A DNA stretch of 61,625 nucleotides from Klebsiella pneumoniae (GCA_945860125.1 CAMAPQ010000003.1:1-61625); one strand, 5' to 3'. Positions 52,413-61,625 are shown, counted from the first letter of the stretch. Translations and numbers: made by a program. Notes: a model not told the origin generated them from the letters alone.

Positions 52413-52515
52413 TAGGACTTACGCAGAATTGTTCCAACAAGGCGTCCTGACGAAGACAGTACACGCTGTACGGCGAGGCAGGACAACAAAGCTGGGCGAT
52501 TTTGCGTAAGTCCTA
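52413..52515 (+). repeat. family B element, copy 5
   Basis: near-identical to 16869-16971. Confidence 0.92.
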
Positions 52516-52575
52516 CATTACAAGAATATTAAAAGATGCTCGATTTTTATTATAGACGGTGATTTTTAATTCATA

Positions 52576-54555
52576 TTATGTCTTATCAATCTTCTTCTTT
52601 TTTAAAAGATCATCCATATCTTGATACTTTTTAAGATATGACTTTGGCAAAGTCGATCGATCAATTGTATTCAGCATGGCTATTGCCTTGTCATATTCAC
52701 CCATTAAATAATAAGTCGTTGATAAACCGAAAACATAATCACCATTTTGAGGTGAAAGCACCACAGCTTTTTTAAAATAAAAAACGGAAGCATCATAAAG
52801 ACCATAGCTAAGCGTAATTGCACCAAAATCATTATAAAATCCAGATTTATCTGCTCTCTCAAAATAAGGATTTTCCTCAAGTGCATTTATTATTCTATTT
52901 AAAAATGCAGGGCTGATAGCGCAGGTCTCACTATAACGACATCCAATTAGATCTTTTAATCTTTTATTCATATCTATTGTAATGGGTGCCTTAGCAATAC
53001 GTTCGATTAGAAGGTTTTCAACATTAGGATCTTTTTTATGTAAAAAAATATCATTAAATCTGATTAAACCAACAAAACCACTTATATCATTATTACTAAG
53101 CTGAGAAGCCAAGTTATAATGATGTGTTACTTTTTCATATAATTTTTTATTAAAAGAATCATTCACCACACTATTATCATTTAACAACAACATATCAACA
53201 TAAGCCATTGCAAGCTGGGTATGTGCGCGAACAGAAAGTGGATGATTTCGTGATTCATTTTCATATAGCGTGAAATCAGAAGACCAGGTATTTGCTCTCA
53301 CCCACGTACCACTTGCACACAAAATAACAGGCAAGATAAAAATAATATTTTTATAATAAAGAGGGCATTTATCTCTCACATGATTTAACAAATCAGCAAT
53401 GATAATAATAAACCCCATCATTGGAAAATAATTTCGGTGATCAAACATCATTTCTAAAGAAAAAATAGAAGATTCTAAACCATGCCCCAATAAAAACCAG
53501 CCTAAACCAAAACAAAAAATAGGTTTTTTCTTAACAAGAAAAACAGATAAAAACATACCTAAAATTAAAAATAGCATTGAAAAAAAAGTAGAAAGCGGGG
53601 AAAAAATACCTTTAGAAATAATTAAATCGTCCCTAAAAATGGCCATATCTTGAATGTTAGGAATAAATATCATTTTAATATATAACCATAACACTCTTGG
53701 CTGCGTCATTACTCTTTCTTTTAAGGAAAAGTCACGCATGGAATAAGAGCGCTCAAGCCAATTATGCTCAATTAATATTGCTAAAAAAATAAATAAAACA
53801 GAAGAAACAATCAAAAAAATGATTGGTTTAAAATATCTAATGGGTTTTAAACTACTTCCTAAAAATTTAAAAAAAATTATTTCAAGTAAAAATAAAACAC
53901 CTAATCCTGTTAAAATACTTTCCTTAGAGAGGATGGCTAGAACAAAGAAGAAAAACGCCCCAAAAAAATAAATAAACTTAACCCTACTTTCTTGTAACTG
54001 CTTAACTCTTGCATAAAAATACAGATTTAATGTGCAAAAAAAAAACAAACAGGAAAGACTTGTCATTCTTTGAACAACGTATAAAACACTGGTTACATTA
54101 AGAGGATGAAAAGCCCATAAACTAGCAGAAAAAATAGCCATACTAATTATGGTTAAATCATCTTTATTTTTTTTATGTAGAAATGAAAAAAAAGATCGGC
54201 AAAAGAAAAAAAATAATATGGAATTGACAAAGTGAATAGCAACATTCGTTACTTTAAACCAGAAGGGATTAAGCTCTGTTAACTGATAATTAATTAAAAA
54301 AGTAAAATAGCTGACCGGCCTATATAACGGCCCTGTTCTTACTGAAAATAAAGCAGTCTTAATATTTTCAATCGTAAAACTTTCTAAGTTCAATGCTTCA
54401 TTATCGACAATACTAGGGAAATCATCAAAAACAAAAGGACCACTCAAACCTGGCCAATATACAAAAAACATTGCAACAAAAAGAGTTAACGCTATAGGAA
54501 TACCGTAATGCAATTTTTTTATTTTATGAACTAGATTAGGTAGAAAAAAAAACAT
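52576..54555 (-). CDS. TMTC-like GT-C fold membrane glycosyltransferase with C-terminal TPRs
   Basis: FVFDD after TM1, YRPVS, NVAIH, HPLNVTSVLYVVQR, LSKE, DHRNYFP, many TMs, TPR tail. Confidence 0.75.
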   Translation of the reverse strand: MFFFLPNLVHKIKKLHYGIPIALTLFVAMFFVYWPGLSGPFVFDDFPSIVDNEALNLESFTIENIKTALFSVRTGPLYRPVSYFTFLINYQLTELNPFWFKVTNVAIHFVNSILFFFFCRSFFSFLHKKNKDDLTIISMAIFSASLWAFHPLNVTSVLYVVQRMTSLSCLFFFCTLNLYFYARVKQLQESRVKFIYFFGAFFFFVLAILSKESILTGLGVLFLLEIIFFKFLGSSLKPIRYFKPIIFLIVSSVLFIFLAILIEHNWLERSYSMRDFSLKERVMTQPRVLWLYIKMIFIPNIQDMAIFRDDLIISKGIFSPLSTFFSMLFLILGMFLSVFLVKKKPIFCFGLGWFLLGHGLESSIFSLEMMFDHRNYFPMMGFIIIIADLLNHVRDKCPLYYKNIIFILPVILCASGTWVRANTWSSDFTLYENESRNHPLSVRAHTQLAMAYVDMLLLNDNSVVNDSFNKKLYEKVTHHYNLASQLSNNDISGFVGLIRFNDIFLHKKDPNVENLLIERIAKAPITIDMNKRLKDLIGCRYSETCAISPAFLNRIINALEENPYFERADKSGFYNDFGAITLSYGLYDASVFYFKKAVVLSPQNGDYVFGLSTTYYLMGEYDKAIAMLNTIDRSTLPKSYLKKYQDMDDLLKKKKIDKT

Positions 54556-54573
54556 GGCATCCCTTCCAAAATG

Positions 54574-54606
54574 AAAGATCGCTGGCGTTAACCCCAGCGA
54601 TCTTTT
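54574..54606 (-). terminator. hairpin after pilA (terminator or attenuator)
   Basis: AAAGATCGCTGG/CCAGCGATCTTT; short U tract on minus strand. Confidence 0.7.
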
Positions 54607-54636
54607 AAAGCATGAACTTATGAATAAAACAGTATA

Positions 54637-55143
54637 TTAAGCTTTACAGCTGGTTGGCTTATATCTGGTTGGCATGTTACCAGCAAAAGGCACTCCAACA
54701 ACGTTTTGTTGGTTTCGACTCATCGTTAAATCAGGAGTAATTGAAGAGCTCCCGCAAATCCAAATAATTTGATTTGCTCTGTTAACGTAGGGGCTGAATC
54801 CTAAGTTTAAGCCGGCGATTCTCCTGCTAACTTTTGGTTGGTTATAAGTAATCGTAATTGTACCGGAAGTGTTAGTAGCAATTGATGAAACATAGTTACC
54901 TGTAAAACTCGTTGCCGCTGGTAGACCTAAAGAGATAGCGCCAGCTGAATGCCTGCCTTTATTTCCATAAAACTCACTAATACCAACTTTCAGTTCAGAA
55001 GCCATTGTTATGCCTTCCGTCACCTGAGAACGAACAATATAATCCTGATACTGTGGCACTGCAATTGCTGCCAAAATACCGATAATTGCAATAACGATCA
55101 TTAATTCGATTAAGGTAAAACCTTGTTGTACTAACTTATTCAT
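54637..55143 (-). CDS. pilA: type IVa major pilin
   Basis: QQG|[28 protein letters not shown]-terminal disulfide loop; divergent from pilBCD. Confidence 0.97.
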   Translation of the reverse strand: MNKLVQQGFTLIELMIVIAIIGILAAIAVPQYQDYIVRSQVTEGITMASELKVGISEFYGNKGRHSAGAISLGLPAATSFTGNYVSSIATNTSGTITITYNQPKVSRRIAGLNLGFSPYVNRANQIIWICGSSSITPDLTMSRNQQNVVGVPFAGNMPTRYKPTSCKA

Positions 55144-55213
55144 AATGTTATCCACTTTTGTTGTTGCCTACTTTCTTTAAACTTCGCGCTTCATTCAACG
55201 CTGATTGATATAA

Positions 55214-55230
55214 AGCAGACTCTGTGCCAA
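55214..55230 (-). promoter_or_regulatory. sigma54 (-24/-12) promoter of pilA
   Basis: TTGGCACAGAGTCTGCT: GG-N10-GC; pilA promoters are typically RpoN/PilR dependent. Confidence 0.8.
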
Positions 55231-55345
55231 TACATGAATTCATTCACTAAAGTTCGCCTTTACGCTTAAAAACCAAAGAGATAAGCAAAATTAGCCATCA
55301 AGGCTGTTTGTTTCAATGAGTAAATAAGCCCAGCCAAATACCTTT

Positions 55346-55364
55346 TTTTGTCAGCTACTGACGC
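55346..55364. promoter_or_regulatory. possible PilR-type upstream activator site
   Basis: TTTTGTCAG-CTA-CTGAC inverted repeat about 120 bp upstream of the sigma54 site. Confidence 0.4.
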
Positions 55365-55503
55365 AACCGGCTATTTGCTTTTAATTTACGTAAAAAATTT
55401 TGCATCATTGGCATTATTTAAAAAGTCACACCATACTTTTCAAAGGAAAAATAAATGAATAAAAATAAATTCACATAAAAATGCTAGGAGCTTACGACCC
55501 ATA

Positions 55504-57213
55504 ATGTCGACGCCTATTCCCAACAGTGGTCTTGCAAAATATCTAATTAAAAACGGCCTAATTGATGCCAATACGTCAGCTCTTGCTCAGCAAGAAGCCA
55601 TAAAAGAGAACTTACATTTTGTAACCTATCTTGTATCAAATGGCATTGTTAATTCTTCTGTTCTTGCTCAAGCCGTTGCTGAAGAGTTTGGCTACCCTTA
55701 CTTTAATTTAGATGTATTCGATTTTGATTTATTACCTAAGAACCTTGTGAGCGAAAAACTAATTCATCAACACCGAGCGCTTCCTCTTTATAAAAGAGGC
55801 CGAGTATTATCTTTAGCGGTATCAGACCCCACTAATTTAAGCGGATTTGAAGAAATAAAGTTTAATACAAGCTTTATGATTGACATTGTTGTGGTTGAAG
55901 AAGAAAAACTGGCAAAACAACTTGCTCGCTTTCTTGACAACGCAGAACGTGGTATCGAAATTGATAATGCTCAGTTTTCTGAGATGGAAGAGGAAGGTGG
56001 TGAAGCAGACACAAGGCAGACAGCAACCATCACAGTTGATCCAGATAACGATAAACCTATTGTTCGGTTTGTGAATAAAGTTTTATTAGATGCAATTAAA
56101 AGTGGTGCTTCTGATATTCATTTTGAACCTTATGAAAAAGCCTTTCGTATACGCTTCAGATCAGATGGCATATTAACTGAAATCACGCGCCCGCCCCTTA
56201 ATCTCGTTAACCGTGTTTCAGCAAGATTAAAAGTTATGGCACAGCTTGATATTTCAGAAAGAAGACTCCCTCAGGATGGAAGAATAAAACTTCAAATTTC
56301 AAGAACCCGCGCTATTGATTTTCGGGTGAACTGCCTACCCACAATGTGGGGCGAAAAAATTGTTTTAAGAATTTTAGATGCTGATAGCGCAAAGCTGGGT
56401 ATTGATGCGCTTGGCTATGAGCCCGAACAAAAAAGACTATTTATGGAAGCACTTGAAAAGCCGCAAGGCATGGTGTTGATTACAGGGCCAACCGGTAGCG
56501 GTAAAACTGTTTCGCTTTATACAGGCTTAAATATATTAAATACAACAGAACGAAATATTTCAACAGCAGAAGATCCCGTTGAAATAAACCTTGAAGGAAT
56601 TAATCAGGTTAATGTGCTACCTAAAATTGGGCTTGATTTCACTGCCGCCCTAAAAGCCTTTTTGCGTCAGGATCCTGACATTATTATGGTAGGGGAAATA
56701 AGAGATTTAGATACAGCTCAAATTGCGATTAAAGCAGCACAGACAGGTCATATGGTGTTGTCTACACTTCATACTAATAGCGCACCAGAAACATTAACGC
56801 GCTTACGAAATATGGGGGTTCCGTCTTTCAATATTGCAACCTCTGTTACGCTTATCATTGCACAACGTCTCGCAAGACGATTATGCACTTACTGTAAAGA
56901 ACAAGCACATATTCCAGAAAAATTGTTGATTGAAGCAGGTTTTCCAGAAGAAGAGGTAAAAGATATTGTTTTATTTAAACCGGTGGGCTGTGAAAGATGT
57001 AAAAACGGCTACAAAGGCAGAACCGGTATTTATGAGGTAGTAAAAGTAACGGATAGCATCTCAAGAATTGTAATGAACGAAGGAAACTCGATTGAAATTG
57101 CGGATATGTGCCGCAAAGAAGGCTTTAATGATCTTCGTGCTTCGGCACTAAAAAAAGCGCGAGATGGTTTGATTGGTTTGGAAGAAGTTTACCGTGTAAC
57201 GACAGGACATTAA
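55504..57213 (+). CDS. pilB: type IV-A pilus assembly ATPase
   Basis: ASDIHFEP, RLPQDGR, TGPTGSGKT, LRQDPD, STLHTN, CxxC pairs. Confidence 0.98.
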   Translation: MSTPIPNSGLAKYLIKNGLIDANTSALAQQEAIKENLHFVTYLVSNGIVNSSVLAQAVAEEFGYPYFNLDVFDFDLLPKNLVSEKLIHQHRALPLYKRGRVLSLAVSDPTNLSGFEEIKFNTSFMIDIVVVEEEKLAKQLARFLDNAERGIEIDNAQFSEMEEEGGEADTRQTATITVDPDNDKPIVRFVNKVLLDAIKSGASDIHFEPYEKAFRIRFRSDGILTEITRPPLNLVNRVSARLKVMAQLDISERRLPQDGRIKLQISRTRAIDFRVNCLPTMWGEKIVLRILDADSAKLGIDALGYEPEQKRLFMEALEKPQGMVLITGPTGSGKTVSLYTGLNILNTTERNISTAEDPVEINLEGINQVNVLPKIGLDFTAALKAFLRQDPDIIMVGEIRDLDTAQIAIKAAQTGHMVLSTLHTNSAPETLTRLRNMGVPSFNIATSVTLIIAQRLARRLCTYCKEQAHIPEKLLIEAGFPEEEVKDIVLFKPVGCERCKNGYKGRTGIYEVVKVTDSISRIVMNEGNSIEIADMCRKEGFNDLRASALKKARDGLIGLEEVYRVTTGH

Positions 57214-57215
57214 TT

Positions 57216-58487
57216 ATGGCAGTATCCAGCTCGTCAGCCAGTTCAAAGAAAAAAAGTATTGATAATAAGAAAAAAAAGGCTGAAATAGATCCCGCTTTTA
57301 TTTGGGAAGGAACAGATAAACGAGGGAATAAAACCAAGGGGGAAATGCTTGGCAAAAACCCTATTCATGTTAAGTCTGAACTAAAAAAACAGGGTATTAC
57401 CTCTGCAAGGGTTAAGAAAAAACCCAAACCTCTTTTTCAAGGCGGTAAAAAAGCAATTAGCCCCATGGATATCGCCATTTTTACACGCCAATTAGCAACC
57501 ATGATGAAAGCGGGTGTTCCTTTGGTGCAATCTTTTGGTATTGTTGCTGACGGTCTTGAAAACCCTTCAATGCGTGAGTTAGTGCTTCACATTAAATCAG
57601 AAGTAGAAGGCGGTAGTAATTTAACCAGCGCGCTAAGACAGCACCCTAAACACTTCGACGACCTTTTTTGTAGCTTAGTTGATTCAGGCGAACAATCCGG
57701 CGCATTAGAAACCATGCTTGATCGTGTTGCTATTTATAAAGAAAAAAGCGAAGCGTTAAAATCTAAAATCAAAAAAGCAGTGAAATATCCTATTGCGGTA
57801 ATCATTGTTGCTTTTATTGTGACAACGATTCTTTTACTTAAAGTGGTACCCACTTTTAAAGAACTCTTTGAAGGCTTCGGCGCTAAACTGCCTGCTTTTA
57901 CTTTATTTGTAATGGGCTTATCTGAATGGATGCAAAAATACTGGTGGATACTCATAGGCGGCATAGCGGCAAGTATTTATGGGTTTAAAGAAGCAATTAG
58001 GCGATTCCCTATATTTGCACACTATATTGATAAATTAACGCTTAAATTGCCTGTTTTTGGCAACATTGTTTTTCAAGCAACCATTGCACGTTATGCCCGA
58101 ACACTTGCTACCACTTTTGCCGCAGGCGTTCCCTTAGTGGATGCTTTAACCGCTGTTGCCGGCGCCACAGGAAATAGCGTTTATAGAAATGCGGTGGAAA
58201 AAATACGTGAGGACGTTTCTTCAGGCACACAGCTTCAATTTTGTATGAAATCTTCAGGTCTATTCCCTGCGATGGCGGTGCAAATGGTTGCAATTGGTGA
58301 AGAGTCTGGCTCGCTCGATGCCATGCTTGATAAAGTCGCTTTATTTTATGAAAGCGAAGTGGATAACTCTGTAGATGGTTTAACCAGCTTAATGGAACCG
58401 ATTATCATGAGCGTTCTGGGCGTAATTATCGGCGGTTTGATTATTGCGATGTATCTGCCTATTTTCCAATTAGGTTCCGTCGTATAA
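57216..58487 (+). CDS. pilC: type IV pilus platform protein
   Basis: FTRQLATMMKAGVPL, GEQSGALE, GEESGSLD, AMYLPIF. Confidence 0.97.
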   Translation: MAVSSSSASSKKKSIDNKKKKAEIDPAFIWEGTDKRGNKTKGEMLGKNPIHVKSELKKQGITSARVKKKPKPLFQGGKKAISPMDIAIFTRQLATMMKAGVPLVQSFGIVADGLENPSMRELVLHIKSEVEGGSNLTSALRQHPKHFDDLFCSLVDSGEQSGALETMLDRVAIYKEKSEALKSKIKKAVKYPIAVIIVAFIVTTILLLKVVPTFKELFEGFGAKLPAFTLFVMGLSEWMQKYWWILIGGIAASIYGFKEAIRRFPIFAHYIDKLTLKLPVFGNIVFQATIARYARTLATTFAAGVPLVDALTAVAGATGNSVYRNAVEKIREDVSSGTQLQFCMKSSGLFPAMAVQMVAIGEESGSLDAMLDKVALFYESEVDNSVDGLTSLMEPIIMSVLGVIIGGLIIAMYLPIFQLGSVV

Positions 58488-58500
58488 ATCGTTTTACATA

Positions 58501-58603
58501 CAGGACTTACGGAAAATCGCCCAGCTTTGTTGTCACGCTTCGTCGTACGATTTGTACTGTCTTCATCGCGACGCCTTGCTGGAACAATTTTGCGTAAGTC
58601 CTA
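58501..58603 (-). repeat. family B element, copy 6
   Basis: AGGACTTACG...TGCGTAAGTCCTA, 103 bp. Confidence 0.9.
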
Positions 58604-58636
58604 TACATATAAACTTCAAGAGAGCAGATAAGCTAA

Positions 58637-59563
58637 ATGTTTGAACCGATAATTGACGTGCTGCAAGCAAACCCCACTTTCTTCCTTTGCTTAATGGTAG
58701 CAATGGGGTTAATGGTGGGTAGTTTTTTAAACGTGGTGATTTTCCGTTATCCTATTATGCTAGAACGTCTCTGGCAGCAAGAAGCAAATGCTTTTTTAGA
58801 GGCACAAAACGCTGAAAAAGCAGCAAATGAGGCAACACTGCCTTCGATAGAAATGCAAAAAACTCAAGAAGAAAAACCCTTTAACCTCATCACGCCCCGC
58901 TCAACTTGCCCCACCTGTAAAAGCGCCATTAAGCCGTGGGATAATATTCCCATTATCAGTTATGTGCTTTTTTTAAGAGGTAAATGTCGAAAGTGTAAAG
59001 CGCCTATTTCATTGCGTTACCCGCTAGTTGAGTTAGGCACCGCTATTCTAAGTGGCCTGGTTGTTTATCAGTTGGGATTTTCAGCGCAAGCTTTTGCAGC
59101 CTTGTTCGTTACATGGATACTGATCGCTCTTTCAATGATCGACTACGATCATAAAATATTACCTGATGACTTTACCTTACCACTCATGTGGGCAGGCATT
59201 CTTTTCAACTCAACCTCCTATGGTTTTGTGAGCTTACATACTTCAGTATTAGGTGCCGTGGGGGGTTACTTAAGTTTATGGAGCGTTTTTTGGCTCTTTA
59301 AATTCGTTACAGGCAAAGAAGGAATGGGTTTTGGTGATTTTAAATTACTTGCTGCCCTCGGTGCTTGGGCAGGATGGCAAGCTATTCCGGTTATTATTCT
59401 TTATTCTTCTTTTACTGGCTCAATTATTGGGCTTTCACTGATTTTTATCACGCAAAGAAATAAGAATAATCCCATTCCTTTTGGCCCTTATCTTGCGATC
59501 AGTGGCTGGCTTGTTTTGCTATGGAATACTGCCCTACCTTTTTATACAATGCCTACGCTGTAA
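58637..59563 (+). CDS. pilD: prepilin peptidase/N-methyltransferase
   Basis: [36 protein letters not shown]. Confidence 0.97.
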   Translation: MFEPIIDVLQANPTFFLCLMVAMGLMVGSFLNVVIFRYPIMLERLWQQEANAFLEAQNAEKAANEATLPSIEMQKTQEEKPFNLITPRSTCPTCKSAIKPWDNIPIISYVLFLRGKCRKCKAPISLRYPLVELGTAILSGLVVYQLGFSAQAFAALFVTWILIALSMIDYDHKILPDDFTLPLMWAGILFNSTSYGFVSLHTSVLGAVGGYLSLWSVFWLFKFVTGKEGMGFGDFKLLAALGAWAGWQAIPVIILYSSFTGSIIGLSLIFITQRNKNNPIPFGPYLAISGWLVLLWNTALPFYTMPTL

Positions 59564-59566
59564 TTT

Positions 59567-59669
59567 TAGGACTTGCGCAAAACTGCCCAGCTTTGTTGTC
59601 ACGCTTCCTTGTACGATTTGTACTGTCTTCATCGCGACGCCTTGCTGGAACAATTTTGCGCAAGTCCTA
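59567..59669 (-). repeat. family B element, copy 7
   Basis: TAGGACTTGCGCAAAA...TTTTGCGCAAGTCCTA. Confidence 0.9.
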
Positions 59670-59728
59670 AATTTAATATGTGCATGATCAACGCCCCTAG
59701 ATCCCCCCGCGAAACCGTGGCAAAGGAA

Positions 59729-59855
59729 TATACCCAAAGTAATTGGAATCACGGTGAGGCGGCAAGAGCGTGAACCCCATGAGCATAGATAAACTATGTG
59801 ATTGGGGTGAATGAGTGCAGCCAACAATGCCGTGGTTTCAATGGCGAAGGGAATA
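59729..59855 (+). repeat. ERIC-like repeat, copy 7
   Basis: full 127-bp copy immediately upstream of coaE. Confidence 0.9.
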
Positions 59856-59861
59856 GATAAC

Positions 59862-60482
59862 ATGCTTAAAATTGGTTTAACAGGTGGCATAGGTAGCGGT
59901 AAAAGTACGGTGCTTTCTTTGTTTCAAAGTTTGGGTGCATCAACACTAAATGCTGATCAAGTTGCAAGAGAAGTCGTTGAACCTAACACCCCTGCACTTT
60001 TAGAAATTCATCGTTATTTTGGTGATTGGGTATTAACCTTACAAGGCGAACTAAATAGAGCGGCGCTCAGAGCACATATTTTTAATAATGCTGCTGATAA
60101 GAGATGGCTAGAGTCACACCTTCACCCTAAAATCCATAAAGCAATGGAACAACATATTGCCTGTTTTTTTACGCCTTATGTCGTGATTGAAATTCCCTTA
60201 CTCATTGAAAAACGCTTATCAGACAATGAAAATTTTTTTAATGTCGACAGAATTTTAGTGGTCGATTTGCCCGAAACACACCAAAAAGAAAGAGCAATGA
60301 TACGGGATGTATCATCCAGTGAAGAAATTGATCAAATTATATTATCGCAAGCGCGCCGCGAAGAAAGACTGAAACTCGCTGATGATGTAATACACAATGC
60401 AGGCAGTCTTTCTGAGCTTAAAAAACAGGTTGCAGCATTGGATAAATATTATAAAGAACTAGATTCCCGCTTTCGCGCATAA
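59862..60482 (+). CDS. coaE: dephospho-CoA kinase
   Basis: IGLTGGIGSGKST, LNRAALR, LHPKI, IPLLIE; follows pilD. Confidence 0.96.
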   Translation: MLKIGLTGGIGSGKSTVLSLFQSLGASTLNADQVAREVVEPNTPALLEIHRYFGDWVLTLQGELNRAALRAHIFNNAADKRWLESHLHPKIHKAMEQHIACFFTPYVVIEIPLLIEKRLSDNENFFNVDRILVVDLPETHQKERAMIRDVSSSEEIDQIILSQARREERLKLADDVIHNAGSLSELKKQVAALDKYYKELDSRFRA

Positions 60483-60523
60483 GCGCTAACATAAAATAAA
60501 TTCGATGCAAATGAGCCGGCATC

Positions 60524-60662
60524 CGTCATTCCCGCGAAGGCGGGAATCCAGAAAATCTCTTGTACTTATGTCAATCATTCGAGACAAAGCCCAAAGAAGA
60601 TATTAAACAGCCGTCATGTTTGACACTTAAAAAACTGGATTCCCGCCTTCGCGGGAATGACG
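60524..60662. repeat. inverted pair of dRS3/REP-like palindromes (28-bp arms)
   Basis: CGTCATTCCCGCGAAGGCGGGAATCCAG ... CTGGATTCCCGCCTTCGCGGGAATGACG. Confidence 0.9.
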
Positions 60663-60683
60663 AAAGAATAATTTAAAAAAAAA

Positions 60684-61115
60684 TTAATGGCGTGTTTTGA
60701 CTGACTCACGAAATAAAGCATCAAAATTAATGGGCGCTAAAAGCAGTTGTGGAAAACTACCTTTATTCACTAAGTCAGCAATCACTTCACGAACAAAAGG
60801 GAAAAGAACAGAAGGACAATAGCTTCCTAATAACGGCGTAAGCTGATCTTGCGGGGTATTCTTAATGAGAAATAAACCTGCTTGATGCACCTCAGCAATA
60901 AAAGCAACTTTTTCTTCATTGGTAACCGTCACGGTTACGCGCAAAACAACTTCATAAAAATCGTCTTCAATTTTTGTCGTGCTGTTATTTAATTCAAGAT
61001 TAACCTCAGGCGTCCAATCACTCTTAAACACGCTAGGTGTGCTAGGCGCCTCAAAAGATAAATCCTTTACATAAATTCTTTGTAATGAAAACTGAGATTG
61101 CGATTCTTCGGACAT
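60684..61115 (-). CDS. secB: protein-export chaperone SecB
   Basis: QRIYVKDLSFEAP, YCPSVLFPFVRE, LAPINFDALF. Confidence 0.97.
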   Translation of the reverse strand: MSEESQSQFSLQRIYVKDLSFEAPSTPSVFKSDWTPEVNLELNNSTTKIEDDFYEVVLRVTVTVTNEEKVAFIAEVHQAGLFLIKNTPQDQLTPLLGSYCPSVLFPFVREVIADLVNKGSFPQLLLAPINFDALFRESVKTRH

Positions 61116-61139
61116 ATTATCTTCCCTTCCTATATTGCT

Positions 61140-61568
61140 CTAACCTTTAACTAATGGCATTTTCTCATTCAGCCAACCCTGTAAACCACCCTCCAAACGA
61201 TAAACTTCAACGACACCTTGCGCTTTAAGCAAGTTTCCAATCGCAGAAGAATGCTGCCCCATTTTACAAACTAAAATCACAGGATGCCCCTTAAAGCTTT
61301 CCAATGTTTTTTTATGCTCGCCAGCTTTTAACTGAATATAGGGCAAGTTAAGCGCTTGTGTAATATGTCCCGTTACAAACTCGCTACTTTCTCTTAGATC
61401 TAAAACAATTGCCTGCTGTTTATTAATCAAATTTACTGCTTTTTGTGCGCTAATGACTGCCCCGCCTCGTTTTGACTCTAAAATAATCAAAGCAACGATC
61501 AGCGTTACTAAAGAAGAAACCAACATCCAATGACGAATAATAAATTCATAAACCTGTGACATATTCAT
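61140..61568 (-). CDS. rhodanese-like domain protein (YibN-like)
   Basis: N-terminal TM, LDLRESSEFVTGHI, ILVC, LEGGLQGW; upstream of secB. Confidence 0.9.
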   Translation of the reverse strand: MNMSQVYEFIIRHWMLVSSLVTLIVALIILESKRGGAVISAQKAVNLINKQQAIVLDLRESSEFVTGHITQALNLPYIQLKAGEHKKTLESFKGHPVILVCKMGQHSSAIGNLLKAQGVVEVYRLEGGLQGWLNEKMPLVKG

Positions 61569-61625
61569 CTTTAATTCCTGTGTGCCCAAATATTAAATCA
61601 TGCGCACTTTAGCCTAATTTGATTT

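Noticed and set aside
54036-54552. Poly-T runs (9-10 nt) in the GT-C gene as phase-variation tracts
   Set aside because: Such runs are common in this AT-rich, Phe-rich gene and the frame is intact; no read data

Overview
AT-rich gammaproteobacterial chromosomal segment with a broadly Pseudomonas-like core gene order: icd, moaCDE, bepA, nadA, aspS-yebC-ruvCAB-tolQRAB-pal-cpoB, tamAB, exeAB, dtd, tRNA-Thr(CGT), pilA/pilBCD-coaE, secB. Two accessory regions stand out. (1) About 25.9-31.5 kb: five diverged paralogues of an unrecognised secreted protein (signal peptide, short coiled coil, LDTGW motif, 4 Cys) plus a PEP-CTERM protein. They form two modules, each behind a near-identical promoter and ~200-nt leader, and two relics of the PEP-CTERM gene lie nearby. 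(2) About 36.4-55.2 kb: a glycan locus directly downstream of pilA, led by a TMTC-like GT-C/TPR protein and a polyprenyl-phosphate GT2, followed by CDP-sugar and C-methyltransferase genes, Wzx, glycosyltransferases and an MBOAT/SGNH pair. This is a candidate non-TfpO/PglL pilin glycosylation system. Intergenic DNA carries three palindromic repeat families: 7 ERIC-like copies, 7 copies of a 103-bp AGGACTTACGCA element with compensatory changes, and one dRS3-like inverted pair. All calls come from motif recognition by eye; no searches were run.
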